Shown piece after piece: positions 33,407-46,100 of a DNA stretch of 64,000 nt. The notes beneath the pieces were generated by a model. That model searched no databases. It had not been told where the DNA came from and was given only the letters and a program-made list of their open reading frames with translations. Position numbers and translations under genes: made by a program. Position 1 is the stretch's first letter, and each line of letters begins with the position of its first letter. The stretch is from Pelomyxa schiedti (Eukaryota; Protista; Evosea): the NCBI GenBank assembly GCA_020536535.1, contig JAHLWZ010000795.1, forward strand, positions 1 through 64,000. The letters are read 5' to 3'.

Positions 33407-36400
33407 ATGTCGCTGCAGACATTGGTTGCCTGCGACCAAGTTCCCCTTCGTCTACTGGCGGATTACTTCACAAAGTCACTCGAATCGTCGTCCTCCGTTG
33501 CCCTCCCTGATGCTCTCCCCTCGCTGTCCAAGCTGCCATCCTCGACACCCACAAACGCCAACTCGCAGCACCCGCAACGGCCCACAGCGTCATCGACAGC
33601 GGCAGCGACGGCGACGGCAACGACAACGACGACAACAGCAACGCGGGGAGGGGTGGAGTTCTTCCCCCTGCCCGTCCTGGTGGACAACCCCCACAGCAGC
33701 CGCGCCCCCCACACTCCCCACCAACACAGGGTCTCCCCTCCCCAGGACCGCCGCCACATCACCTCCTCCTCGTCCCCCTCCCTCGTGCACTCGTCCTCGG
33801 CCCCGAACGGCGCCATCTCCACAGCGTCCTCCTCCCAGTCCCTCAAGGCACCCACAACAACAACTACAACAACCACGACGACTACCTCGTCGGTGGGGGT
33901 GCTGCCCGTGGGCGGCATCACCAACACGTCGAGCGGGGGCTGCAGCTCGTCGTCCGAGTCGTCGACGCTGCCGCGCACCACGTCGTTCTACTCGTCCCGC
34001 TCCATGTCGCCCAAGAGCGCAGCCTCGCCGTTCTTCTTCCCCAGGACGCCCAAGTACCCGCCGCCGCCGCCGCCTTTCCTCCTCGCCGCGCCGTCGTCGC
34101 CCCCGCTCTCGCCCAAGCCGCCGCCGCCGCCGTCGCAGTCCCCGTCGTCGTCGTCCCCGTCGCTGGCGGCGCTCTCGCAGTCGCCCCCGATTCGGCGGCC
34201 GCCGACTACGAGCTCGCTGTCTATTTCTCAGGCACAGCTGCATTATGGGAGGGGCGCTGCGGCTTCTCCTGCCCCTGGTGGTGGTGCTGCCTCTAAAAAG
34301 AACACGAAAACGGCGGCGAGGTTTGGATTGGATGCACTGGAAGTAAGGCTCAAGGCATGCTCAAAGCAGTTTGTACATTTCTGATTATGGGGCATGGGGA
34401 AGTTTCACTTCTCCCAGTATCTCTGGCTTGGACTTATTCATTTTGTTTTTTTTCCCCTCCCAAAGGTTGGAAAAAAGTTCGCTTCTGTTATTGCAAAACC
34501 TTCACAGTGCTATGCAGAGTCCTGCGCCACAGCTGCCACAGGGATGCTCCCGCCATGCAATATCGTCATCTGTGCTCAGACATTGCTCAACTATGCTCTC
34601 CAAGCACCCAGAAACACTTTTTAGAGGAGTAAAAGGGCAAACTCCCTCAACAATCGTCTCCACACAGGGAACCCCACTGAAGGAGTGTGTCACCTATTTG
34701 AACACTTTGCTCAATGCTGGGCAGTTCGAAGGTGCCCTGGCAATGTATGCTGTGCCAACACTTACTCTTTTTCTTTACTTGTCATTCTTCTTCTCTTCAC
34801 TTCTGATTTTTTTTGTTCCCCACTTAATCTTAATGAAGGTTGCTCCACATTGAACTTGCGTACCCAGTTACACGTCTACTCACCATTTTCCCCTTCTGAT
34901 TAGTTCTTTTGCCTAGGTTAGCACTGCAGTTGTTGGGCAAACAGTGCATCATGCCAGATTGAACCTTGCTGAGCACTACACAGCCCGCGTGCAGCAAACT
35001 GTGCACCGGCCTCGAGTGCAACAGAACACCCTTTTTGGCGGTGACCCTGAGGAAATAGGGCTTCGACACCGATTAATTGGAAGCCTTTGTGTTCTTGTCA
35101 CCTTACCCAAGGCACTGGGCATTGTAAGTATTGGAACTCCTTTTAGGTTTAACGAGAGTGATGATATCTTCAAGGTTACCAAGCAGTGCCATGAGGAGCT
35201 AAGTGACTGGAAACAGCACAATTCACTTCTCAAGGGCTTTTCTCTGTTACAGGCTGCAGGAAAGTATATTGTCGAAATTATGGTCCAGGTGACCGTTGCT
35301 TTTTTCCACTCCAAGGGACCGATTTAATTGTATTGACCAGGAAGATGTAAAAGTTCTGGCCGATTATTTCACCACGATAGGCACTCCTGTTTCTCTTCTG
35401 CAAACTCTCTATTTTCCATTTTATTCTCAAATATTTGAAGAAGTTTGCACTGCTGCACATTTATATTGTAGGTTGTAATACTGCTTTATTGCTTGGGCTT
35501 TCTTAAAAAATATTTTGCAGCTCATGGAAGCATCCACCCAGTGGGTCCAAACCCCATCATTTCTTTGAGGAGATTGCTGAAATTCTGAAAGAGTCCCTCT
35601 CGTATGCATCTTCAGTATTTTTCCCTCATACTAAGACAACTATCCTGTTTATTTTTTCTTTTTGCAGCTTCAGACAGCAATTGTGTGATGTAGTCTCTGC
35701 ATACTGGCCTGTTCATACACCAGAAGCAACTTTCCCCCTTCCACACATTCCCACATTTTTAACTGCCTTGATCTCGTGTATGACAGGTTTGTTTTCCCTC
35801 CCATCTCTCTTTTTTTTTATTTGGTGGAGCAATGACTTCCTTCAAGCTCAAATTAGTAAGACATTTCAGCAGCTTATCGATGATGATATGGCTAGTTACC
35901 AGTCAAGTGGAGATTACCCACACATAGATATAAATGAAACAATATTTGCATCATATTTCCCTCTCGAAGGAAGTCCAACCAATTGTCCCCGTTCTGTCAC
36001 CCCTGCAGCATTTAACATAGCAACATTTTTGACTGGGTTTCGTACCTTGCTTGAAACTTCTGAATTTGAAGGTATTTTCTTCGTTTCCAAACTTCCGGCC
36101 TGCTTACAATGGAGAAAAGATGCCCACCATCCCTATGCTGATGCTGTTGACTCAGGGTTCTGCGTGCTGTCTCGTAGATACAAGCATCTCGTTCGTAGTG
36201 GTATTCCTTTTGAGAAAGAGGCAAACACTCTCTGTAATACTTCTTCTCCTTTTTAAACAACTTACTTTTCACTGGAGAGAATAGGTCTCCTGATGAACAG
36301 CAATTCCTTTCTTCACACTATTTTGAGTAATCAGCTTCAGTTACTTCAAAAGCAGTCTTCAAGTTACACTACACAATCTTCAGAGTCTTCCCTGACTTCC

Positions 36401-37784
36401 GCCATCTCACACGTGAAAGCCTCCTTGAACAAAATTTCTGCCCAACTCCTTTCACACCACACCGACTTGCTGCAAGACTATGTTTTTTCTGGCTTATCAG
36501 AAATTGAATGGAATAACTACAGGCCCTTTGTGAGTTGCACGCCGTTGCAGTGTAGCTATGCAATTCAAATGTGGAATTTTTATTTGAAGGTGAGTTTCCA
36601 ATACGCACACGATTGTAATGCCAACCTAAAATGTAAATTCCAGAATTTGTACACAAATTTTCAGAATGTATTGCACAAGAGTGTACTGGAGTGGTTAATG
36701 AGTGAAATTATTATTTATTCCATCAGTTTCTTCTCTTCAGTGTTTTCCACAGTTGTACCATCCAGAGTCTTCAAGAAACAATTTGTGGTTTGCTTCCACC
36801 TGGACTTAACCTTAAGAATTCACGGAAAAAAAAAAGACTGACATTTGCCACATTGTATCCATAACCCGCTCCTTTTACCCTTGTATTCCAGATACATATA
36901 CAAGCGGGAAGGCAATTGACAACAGAATCACACAAATGCATGTCGAAAGTAAGCTGCCCACAAAATTGCCAACACTGACTCTGGCTCCAAAAAAGATTTC
37001 TGTACCACCCTTCTTGTGCGGATGGCTATCCTATGCTGCCCAATCAAAACCTTGTGCGACTTCCTTGATCTCCATGCCAGAGGGGGAATCATTGGCCTTC
37101 TCGAATCCTACGTTGTTTACCCTGCTCTTTTGTTGCCTGATTTGTCCCCTCAGTCCGATAGTTCTGCGGAGGTATTCTGCTCACTGAAACCTCTTTTTCA
37201 CAAAACCACAGATATGCACCATGCTGCTTAATCCTCTACTGCCAGTCCAAGCTCACAGGAGCATCGGCGCACGCGGCAACGCTGAATACATGGAAAAGCA
37301 AGAAGCGAACATAGACTGGATCAGCCTCCTGTATTGTATGCGGGTGTTCCTCACCAAAGGAATTTGCCCAGACCCTCCAGCAACAACACTAGCAACCACA
37401 TCCACAACCTCATCCATGGCATGTTCATCAACACTGCCCACAACAGCTTCCGCAAATGTAGTAAATGTAAATACTCCCCAACCCACCGCATCATCAGCAA
37501 TCCACCCACCAACAACCGCAGCAACGGCAACATCCACAGATACTGATTCTAGTCAAAAAAGCACCACTACATCATCGGGAAATGATGAACTGCCAACCAC
37601 AACAACCAGCAGTGGGAGGTGCGGAACCTCCGCGGTTGATGGGGAATATGATGACGAGGAATCCATATCCCTGCTGCTGGAATTCCTGCATGACCGTGAT
37701 GAACTGAGACCAGATGAATTCCCCCCTCTGTCTGAGGAGGATGCCCTGGAAGCGGCTCGACTAGCAGCAATGCTCTCATCCTGA
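33407..37784 (+). CDS. Large hypothetical helical protein with Ser/Thr/Pro-rich N-terminal exon; multi-exon
   Basis: ATG at 33407 opens a 325-aa ORF, followed by many helical-looking exons through ..LEAARLAAMLSS*. No family recognised; this may be more than one gene. Confidence 0.55.
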
Positions 37785-38067
37785 ACAACAACTAGCCACC
37801 TAGTATTTAAAACATACTTTTTTTTACTCTTCTGAAGATTATTCCATAGGAATGTAAATGACGTTAGCTAACGTGCGTGCTACTGTTCCTAGTGGCATGG
37901 TTTTTTCCACAAAAAACCGAACCAAAGGGAGCAAGGTGCACGCACGTCCGCACCGACCAGCACCCCAGAGCAGCCCCGCTTTTGTTTAGTGATAACACCC
38001 GTTTTTTTTTTTTTTGTTTCCCCTAAGGATGACTCAAGTTTCTCAGGGTATGACCACGCCAAAACCG

Positions 38068-41000
38068 CTAGAAAAGGGCAAACTTGGGCCCAACGCACTT
38101 TGTTACCCAAGGCACCTGGGTTCCTTGCGAGGTTTTCTTCACTTTCACAAGTGTCTCCTTGATAAGGTCATTAAATGGTGTTCCCGTTGGCACACTATTC
38201 AACTCTGCCAAGAAAAGTAAGTAGTTCATGTAATGAAAGGAGTCAGTACCTTCAATGAGGCAGGCAGTGAATAGAGTGTTTTTTTGTGGGCCTCCGTCCG
38301 GTTCGGTGTGAGGCAATGCTGTCTGGGGTGCTGCACGGAATGTTTTTTTTTTGTAAGATTGTGGTATTCAATTGAAGTGAGATAACCTGAACTCCTGGAA
38401 TAGACAAGGTAATAGCCGGCCGGAAGATTGTTTTGGACTAGGCGGTGCATGCGGCCTGCTTTATCAAAAAGAGGCCCAGAGTGTGTCTGGAGAGAAGTAG
38501 CATTAATGGAAATGGAGAAAACTCTCCGCGGAGCACACCCATTGTCCCCCAAGAGGGTCGTTGGAAGGGAATGCATCAATTACTACTATGACTAAGTGAG
38601 ACCTTGCAGCAAGGTTGTCCACTACATTTCCAAGTACGGCAACTTCACTGCCCAAAAATAAACAGTGATCCGAGTCCATTTGTTTCGTATGCCCGGCAAA
38701 GTAAAAAATGGTGGCAAGCTGCTCGTTTGTAGGTCACTACAAATTCCTGAAAAGGTAAGGCACACCTTATTGGTATCTGACAGGGCAGGCAGTGTGCCTA
38801 GGAAATCCTGAAAAGTACCCTTCCATGTGCCCCAGTCTGAGTTTGTTTTACATGTTACCTTGAAGTGGCATTGCGTTTCCAGAAACTACCAGGAAAGTAG
38901 CGAAGGGAAGATGAGAGAAAACATAAAAAAGATAAAGGCACAAAACTGTAGCAATATCTGTAGAGCCGCTTTCTGGATTTTTTAAGCTATTCCCAACCAC
39001 CAAGGCAAAGCACTCATAACCCAAATCGTGGAGGGTTCTGGCCCCTTTCATTATGAGAAGGTAAGTTTAACAAATTATTATAACGAGGGAGAAGCTCACT
39101 AAAAGTGTCACCAACCATGAAGCTAACTGCTGTATTTAAATCAAGTTGTTCATTTCTTTTGACCATTTTATATTGCCGGTTGTCTACATTCTGGATTTTC
39201 AGCCAGTCACAGAGCTGTTTCTCCTCGGTTGTGAGAATATGAATAAGTGAAGGACTTCTAGTGTTCAATGGAGCAAGTGGTGGTTCCTATTGTTTTCATT
39301 TAAAAAAAACCATGTTGGTTATATGACTAGTGTTTTTGTCATCTTACTCGTGAGTTGCTTGTTCCTCTCTCATCCAGTCCCATCGATGAGTTGGCAATAA
39401 TCTTCCCTGTGTTTGGTGTAGAGGATGTGCTCACTTGTCCACCTATGGGTTCTTGCCTCTGTCTGTTCCCCACATGGGAATAAGGGTCTGTCTGTATACC
39501 ATCACTCACAGCTGAATTCATGCCATTTCCTCTGATGGCATCCTTGGTAGGATCATAGGTACCTTGCCTCACTCCTATATTACTAGTAATGTCAGCCCCG
39601 AGGGTTTGTTGGATAGCTGTGTTTTCAGAATCTTTGGTTATTGCAGACAGTTCTTGGGAATCCCGTTCGGTTACTTTTTTTTTCACTTCATCACGCACCC
39701 AATTTGCAATCCACAGGTGGGTATCCAAAATATGAAATTCCGCTTTTCTACGACAGTTTACCTGTCTCATGCGCAAACGAAGTTTGAGAATGAAGAATCG
39801 GAAAATCTTGTCATGCTGGACCTGAGTTTTCCACATACCGTATGGAAGTAGAAGTAGGTCAAATGGATGTGGACGATTCCTCCCACAAGAAGTAGCAACA
39901 ACACAGAGCACTTCACTTAGTTGTTTCCTGCGCCTGTCGGAAAGCAGTCCTCCACCCTGGACATTCTCATGGGCATTGGTTATTTCAGTGGGCTTGGTTA
40001 GTGAGGAAACATAGTCATCCAATTCCGATAACAAAAACTCCACCTCGGACCCATAGGCTGAGACATCTGCTGGAGACCGGGCTGCATCCCACCCTCCGTT
40101 TATGGCCCAGCCACTGTGGTTCATATGCTGATGCAGCCTCACAATATCGGCAAAGTTCAAGTGACGTTTCTCAGGAACTTCTGGCCGTCTCCCCCTTAGT
40201 TGAGGCGAGTACATCGTCATCTTGTTCGAAATTGGGCATACTAGCACCCTTAGCAAGAATCGGTCGAACAGTGCCCCCTGGTTTGCATCCATTGGAACTT
40301 CATTGCTTGCGGCAAACACAGTATGCAAAGGGAGGTGAATGAGCTCTGTCCCGTCAAAGAAATCACGTTCATTGAGGATTGGGAGGAGGACGGTAAGCAC
40401 CTGCCTCTGTGCCTTGAATATTTCATCAATAAACGCAAACAGAGTATGCTCTCCACACAACTTGTTTTGCTTACAGCGGACCAAAATGTTCCGGTCCAGT
40501 GCCTCCAAATCAATTGTTCCCACCAAATCATCCAACGTCGTTCCAGCATGTAGCACAATGTTGAAGAAACTCCTTTTCCCCACCTCAGTGTGGATCACCT
40601 TGCACACATCGATACAAACGGCGCTTTTCCCAGTCCCGGGAGGCCCAAAAAGTAGCACATGTTGCCTGCAAAGAACTGCAAGCATGCAAATCTTGATTGC
40701 TTCATCGCGTTCAACAAAGGACCTCTCAAGTGCCTTGAACAGTTTATTGAGGCGTTTGCTGAAAGAATCCATCCAATTTGAGCCGCCACTTGCACAGGAT
40801 CCACTGTTTCCCGGCACTAAGAGAATTTCGTCGTTCCACTCCTCTTGGTTTTTGGGTATTGCTGGTTCATCATCTTTATCTTTTGTGGTTGGAACTTTTT
40901 CAGGGACGCCCGCAGTTGCATTCACTGACAGTGCCGTTGTTGGGGAAGATGAGACTGCTTGCGTGGACGTCGTTTCCGTTGTGTGAGATGTTGAACCCTG

Positions 41001-41255
41001 TTGTGTGTTGTTGCCGTCATCGTGTCGAGGCGGCGTACCCTGTGGTACAACTTCCGGCTTCTGCGAACCACTGCTGGCTCTGATCCTCGTAACAGGCGGT
41101 GGTGTTGTTGTTTTGTCATTCCGCTCGATTTCGGGTGGCGGTTGGTTCGCGGTGGAATTTGGGTTGAGCGACGCGGTGGATTCCGCCGACGGCGCAGAAA
41201 TTGAGTGGCTGGGCGGCGCCGCTGATCGGGTTTCGTCTTCTTTCGGCTGAGCCAT
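38068..41255 (-). CDS. RavA/MoxR-family AAA+ ATPase fused to a SAM-like segment and a caspase-like (peptidase C14) domain lacking the catalytic Cys
   Basis: AAA: GPPGTGKS, FIDEIFKA, LNERDF, ASNEVP, LFDRFLLR, SDRR. A phase-0 intron 39347-39287 (gtaaga..caatag) links it in frame to QLCDWLK.., then FALVVGNS-LKNP, FYFAGH, VIDAF, YYLVYS, TLFTACL, QVPW. Confidence 0.8.
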
Positions 41256-41607
41256 TCGTGGTACCCTTGTGGTTGTAGGATTTTTTTCCTCCCCAAACCC
41301 AAGTTGGAGCTGTGATCATGTCCTGTCGCCAGAAACCCCCACGGGACTTGCTGTTTCGAGTCCCCAGGAGAGTTCGCCGGGGAGTATTTGCTGTATCTAA
41401 TCATGATTATTCCAGGAGTCTTGATACCTGACAGAACTCTTTGTCCACATCCAGGTTGTTTTCAAGATCTCTGGTGTTTGTTTCTGATATCCCGATGGGG
41501 CTCCCCACGGACACGGCATCGTGCCTGCTTGCCTATCGTGGTTTTTAATCAGCGCAGAAGTTTTATCCACTAAACGATTCGGATAGTCAGTACAAGAAGA
41601 AGTTTGA

Positions 41608-43084
41608 TTGTACAAACAAGAAGAGAAAAAAGGGAAAAAACAAATGAACAAGTCACCAAAGGGCTACGCTGGTCTGAGAACAGAGGAGTGTATTGACCTG
41701 CCAACCATCCAAGTTCCAGACGGGTCAGCCTACTCACTGGTATCACGGGAATTATGGGAGAGGTGTGCTACTACTTTCCAGAGCATGTTGCCAGCAGGTT
41801 TTTTCCCTTCTTTATGATTGTCATGACAGGGAACTATTTTGGCTTATTCAGTGAAAAGGTGCATTAACAATAAGCCTGAGTGAGGTGAAAAGACAGTGGA
41901 AGGATGAAAATCCGTACAGATCCACGTTTGAAGTGTCGGCAGCGGAAAGTAGGGTCGGAATTGTAGGAAGCGAGGTCAATTTGCCGCAGTTTGCTCTCGG
42001 AAGTTTGTTGCTTTCAAGAACGTCGAATTGTCCAAAGTTATGCTCAGTTCAGCAGTATATTGACAGGTATGTGACCATTCTTAACTGCAGTCGTTCTAAT
42101 ACTATTTCTCAGTGGATTCACAGGATCTACTATGTTAGTTTCTTGCTGTGAGGGAAAGCGGTTCTGGTTTCTAGTCTTTGTAATGCTACTCATTGTCAAC
42201 ACCATAGCTTCTGTAGGTGATACAAATTACTTCCTTCGGGTAAATCATAGACAGGTTGCATCAATGGCGGTTTATTGGATTTCTCCTCTCTGTCTCTTGA
42301 CACTGGGAATAGGAACGTATTTGTTTTACACCTGGCATCGTGTCTTTTTTATATGGAAGAATGAACACCTACCTGGTAAGAACGACTTAGCCTACTTCAC
42401 TATCTTGACTAAAGTGAAATAAGGTACTACTATGGTTTTCTCAGTATATGGCATCATGCCCTTGACGCTCGGGGTCTTTGCCGGCATTGTGTTTGAGGAA
42501 TGGTACAAATTCTGGTACTGGTGGTGCACCTTGCAGCTTGTTTACTTCTGTCTGAGCACAGTACTCCTTGCACACACATGTCTATTACTGAAGAATCTGT
42601 CTCTTTCCACCCAAATCCCAGTTCCACAGGTACCACTATCATTATTTTCCTGAACCCCGATATCCCACAAGCAGCCAAACACACGCCCCACACGCTCACA
42701 TAACAAACTCACGGCACCACTTTCCAGGTGGCACATTGCACGACACACATGGCCACGGCGTGGGGCCTCCTGGCAGTCGACACCGCGTGCCTGGCCGCGG
42801 CCATCGTGTCCAGCGCGTGCGTGTCCGACATGCACGTCATCGCGGTGGCCGGCACCGTCGTCCTCACGGCTTTCTTCGTGGCCCCGGCGGCGGCTCTGTT
42901 CGCGGGGGCGGGGCCCAAGGGGTACCCCAGGAAGCTGTGGCTGGGCGGCCTGGCGGCCTGCGCCCTCGCGCTCGTGGCCAACGCGGGCGTGTGCGTCGCC
43001 TTCGTGTTCGCCCCTGGTTCTTTCACGCCTGGCAGCAACGACAACAACGATGTATCCTGGCATGACTTTTCTCTAGACAGCTAG
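41608..43084 (+). CDS. Hypothetical multi-pass membrane protein; boundaries uncertain
   Basis: Successive hydrophobic exons (42132-42422, 42432-42653, 42728-43084) preceded by soluble exons. Confidence 0.5.
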
Positions 43085-43174
43085 CTCGTTCAGCCGTTGG
43101 ACTGCAACGAGTTTGTACATAGAAAAACTGAAAGTTGCTGGATAGAAAAACCAATTGGGGTTGTTTTTTTTGTT

Positions 43175-46100
43175 TTATGTGTTGAGCTTGTTTTTGTAGT
43201 ACCCCATTTCCCTCACCTTCCAAGGTACTTGATCCAGGGGAGCATCGTGGCATCCCTCCCCAACTTTTGGTGGCTGCCGGCATATGCTGCAAATCCCAGG
43301 TGTGCACCTGGTGCTTTCCCACTCAGATTGAGGCACATTGCAAACTGCACATGTCTCCATGCACACTTCACTTCGAGCCTGTTCCATTGTGAGTGTTTTT
43401 CCACACCGCGAGCATTGCCCAGGTGCTCTGGGGCACCTCCCTTTGGCACATGGGCCATGGCACAGGGGACAACTGGTGCAAATGGGTGACTTGACATTTA
43501 GCCCACAGCAGGTGTATATGAACGGGCTCGTGAATATGGTGCTGATTCCAAGTGTGAATGCGGCAAGTGCTGTGTTCTCTGCGTCCCTTTTTTTCTTGCC
43601 CCAGTGCTCATTGGTGGTTATGTGAGGTCCGAGTACCATCTGATGAGGGACCGCCTTCAGTGCGTGATGATAGAGAAGACTAGAATGCGCTGTGACTGTG
43701 CGTTTTTGGCATGTGTAGAGCCGGTGGTGGTTCCATGAACTGAGCGGAACTTTTTGACCGCATTTGCAGTCCTTTCCGGACTGTCCGCATTCGTTTGCCA
43801 AGTGGTTTTCCTCTTCGGGTAAGGAAATCTCCTTCTGGCACCTCTTGCATGTACTCATGCGTTTCGGGCATTCTTTGGTGTGCTCAGTGTACCTTTTTTT
43901 TGGGCCATTCCATATCCCACAGAATTCGCATGTTACTTTATTTTCTTCACACGCGTGTTCCATGTGGTGAGTTAGATCTCTTCTCAAGAATTTTACAGGG
44001 CAAAGTTTGTAGCGGCAGGACACCTTGTAGGAAATACAAATGGCTTTTCCGGCATCCGGTATCAAATGCTCTTCCAGCCCACAAATCGGTACTTTCTTAC
44101 AACAAAAGCTTGCCGATTTGGGTATGGATGCCGAAGTAGCCAAAATCTCTCTTTCTTCAGCAGCTCCAAGAGGACAGCTCCATGAGCAAAGCCGACATTG
44201 CGTTGCATAGTGAGAACCCTGCAGAAGCTCTTTACTTGTGCACAGCTTGGAACAGAACCCACAGGTAACAGATACACAGCTGCGATCACATTTCATCAGG
44301 AGATGAGAACTGTATTCTGTCACGGGTAGCTGTTGCTTACAGTAAGGGCAAACGATGATACTACGTGCACAACCACTCAGAAGGTGTATATCTAAATCGC
44401 GGTATGGCAACCGGATATTACAATTTGGGCATTCTATGAAGAAGTGTTCTCCCCTACATTCATACAGCCAGTGACGAACCATTTCATCTATACGTATACC
44501 GTCACTGCAATAGATGCATGGAATTGGAATCCGTCTAAAAGGGCAATAAGGAATATGCCGGGATAAATCACGCACATGGTCACGGCAAAAAATACATAGT
44601 TCTCTTTCTGGGCAGAATATAGCATGCCTTGTTTCATCACGCTTTTGGAGGTGAAAGGCTTTTTTTTCCTCCTTCATCTTGGAACATAAGGCTGTATACA
44701 GTGCTCCTTCAGCGTAACTCTCCCCACAATCTGTGCGGTCCTTTGCTGAAGTGTAAAGGTTTTTGACTGTGTGATACACACCAGTATTATACATTTCAAT
44801 GCTCGGTTGGTTAGGATATAGCAAACGTGCTTCGTCGTAGGAAACACGAAAGTGAACAGGCTGTGTGCACCCGGGGTTGTAAATACATAGACCTTTTGAC
44901 AGATAGCACTGCCCAGTGATATGTTCAAACATGTATCTCATAACCCCTGTGTAACCACATTGTTGCGGACATGGTTGAACATACTTGGGACACTCGAATT
45001 TCAGGTGGTCATCCAGGAGATGCGCTGGCATGGACTCATAACAGAACTGGCACTGTGCCATATTTACCCCTTCTTCGTGCTGAGTCAATTCCTCCGATAT
45101 CAATTTTATTATAGCAAGCTTGCGCAATTTACCCATTCCCACCAAGTGCTTTCTCTCCATAGGGATAAGATTCTGGAGGTTATTGCCAAAGGTTGTTGAG
45201 GCGAGACTACAATCGGGAGGATTGTTGGTTGGCCTTATTGTTATATGTTCCTTCCAGTGCTGCTTTTCATCCTTCTTCACTACTTGTTGGTTACACATTT
45301 GGCAGGAAACGTAGAAACTATTGCATTGCTGATTTAAGTGCGTTTCCAATTCGGCAAGAGTCATCTGATTAGCTGTACACGCAGGAAAGATACAAGAAAC
45401 TTTGACTGCTGGGCATTGACGCAAGTGACCAGGAAGTTCTCTCATTACGAGGGCCTCACGACAAAGGAAACAAGAAACATTAAAACCTTTACATTCAAAC
45501 TGCAAGTGCTTCAGCTGGTGTTTCAATATAATATGTTTTTGGCAAAAAACGCACTTCCTGAATGCTTTGGCGCATTTACGCATATGAAAACCAAGGGAAA
45601 TGTTTGCAGTACTACCATTTGTGGTAAAAAAGCACACTGGATCCATACAGTGGGGACAGGGGAGTGGAATCGAACACGAAGCAGATTTCAAAAAATGTTC
45701 ATGTAGAGTTCCAAGAGTAAAACCATTGGCGCCACACAGAGTGCAGGATACATGAAATTGGGTGCAAACACTGAGGTGTGCAGCAATTTCATGTCTAAGA
45801 AATTTCATGTGACAGAACGGACAGTGTAGAACAAAATTTAGGCATAATCGTTGGAGATGGTCCCGAAGTACCCGTGGTCCACAACAAGAAGCTGAACAAT
45901 AAGGGCATGAATTGTCATTCTCAACAGAATTGTATACATCATTCTCAAGTTTGAGACAACAGTCTTTAGCTTTACAAATTTTGAACCTTTGTTCACACTT
46001 GAGCTTGTGGTCAGACATTGTATCCAATTGGAACAGTTGCAAGCAGTTGTGACACATTACACGGGGATTTGTGCACTGCGCAACATGCTCGCTCTTCTTT

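Noticed and set aside
33396-34346. Several long overlapping ORFs on both strands (also at 15385-16401, 42542-43065, 58862-59534)
   Set aside because: GC-rich low-complexity sequence lacks stops in all frames; only one frame connects to flanking exons.
39269-39338. Bacterial operon-like tandem of a separate ATPase gene and caspase gene
   Set aside because: The downstream ORF lacks an ATG, and consensus splice sites fuse the two in frame.
43097-43489. Plus-strand ORF overlapping the 3' end of the giant zinc-finger gene
   Set aside because: It may be a final exon of the membrane protein or just an antisense shadow; this cannot be resolved without stranded RNA data.
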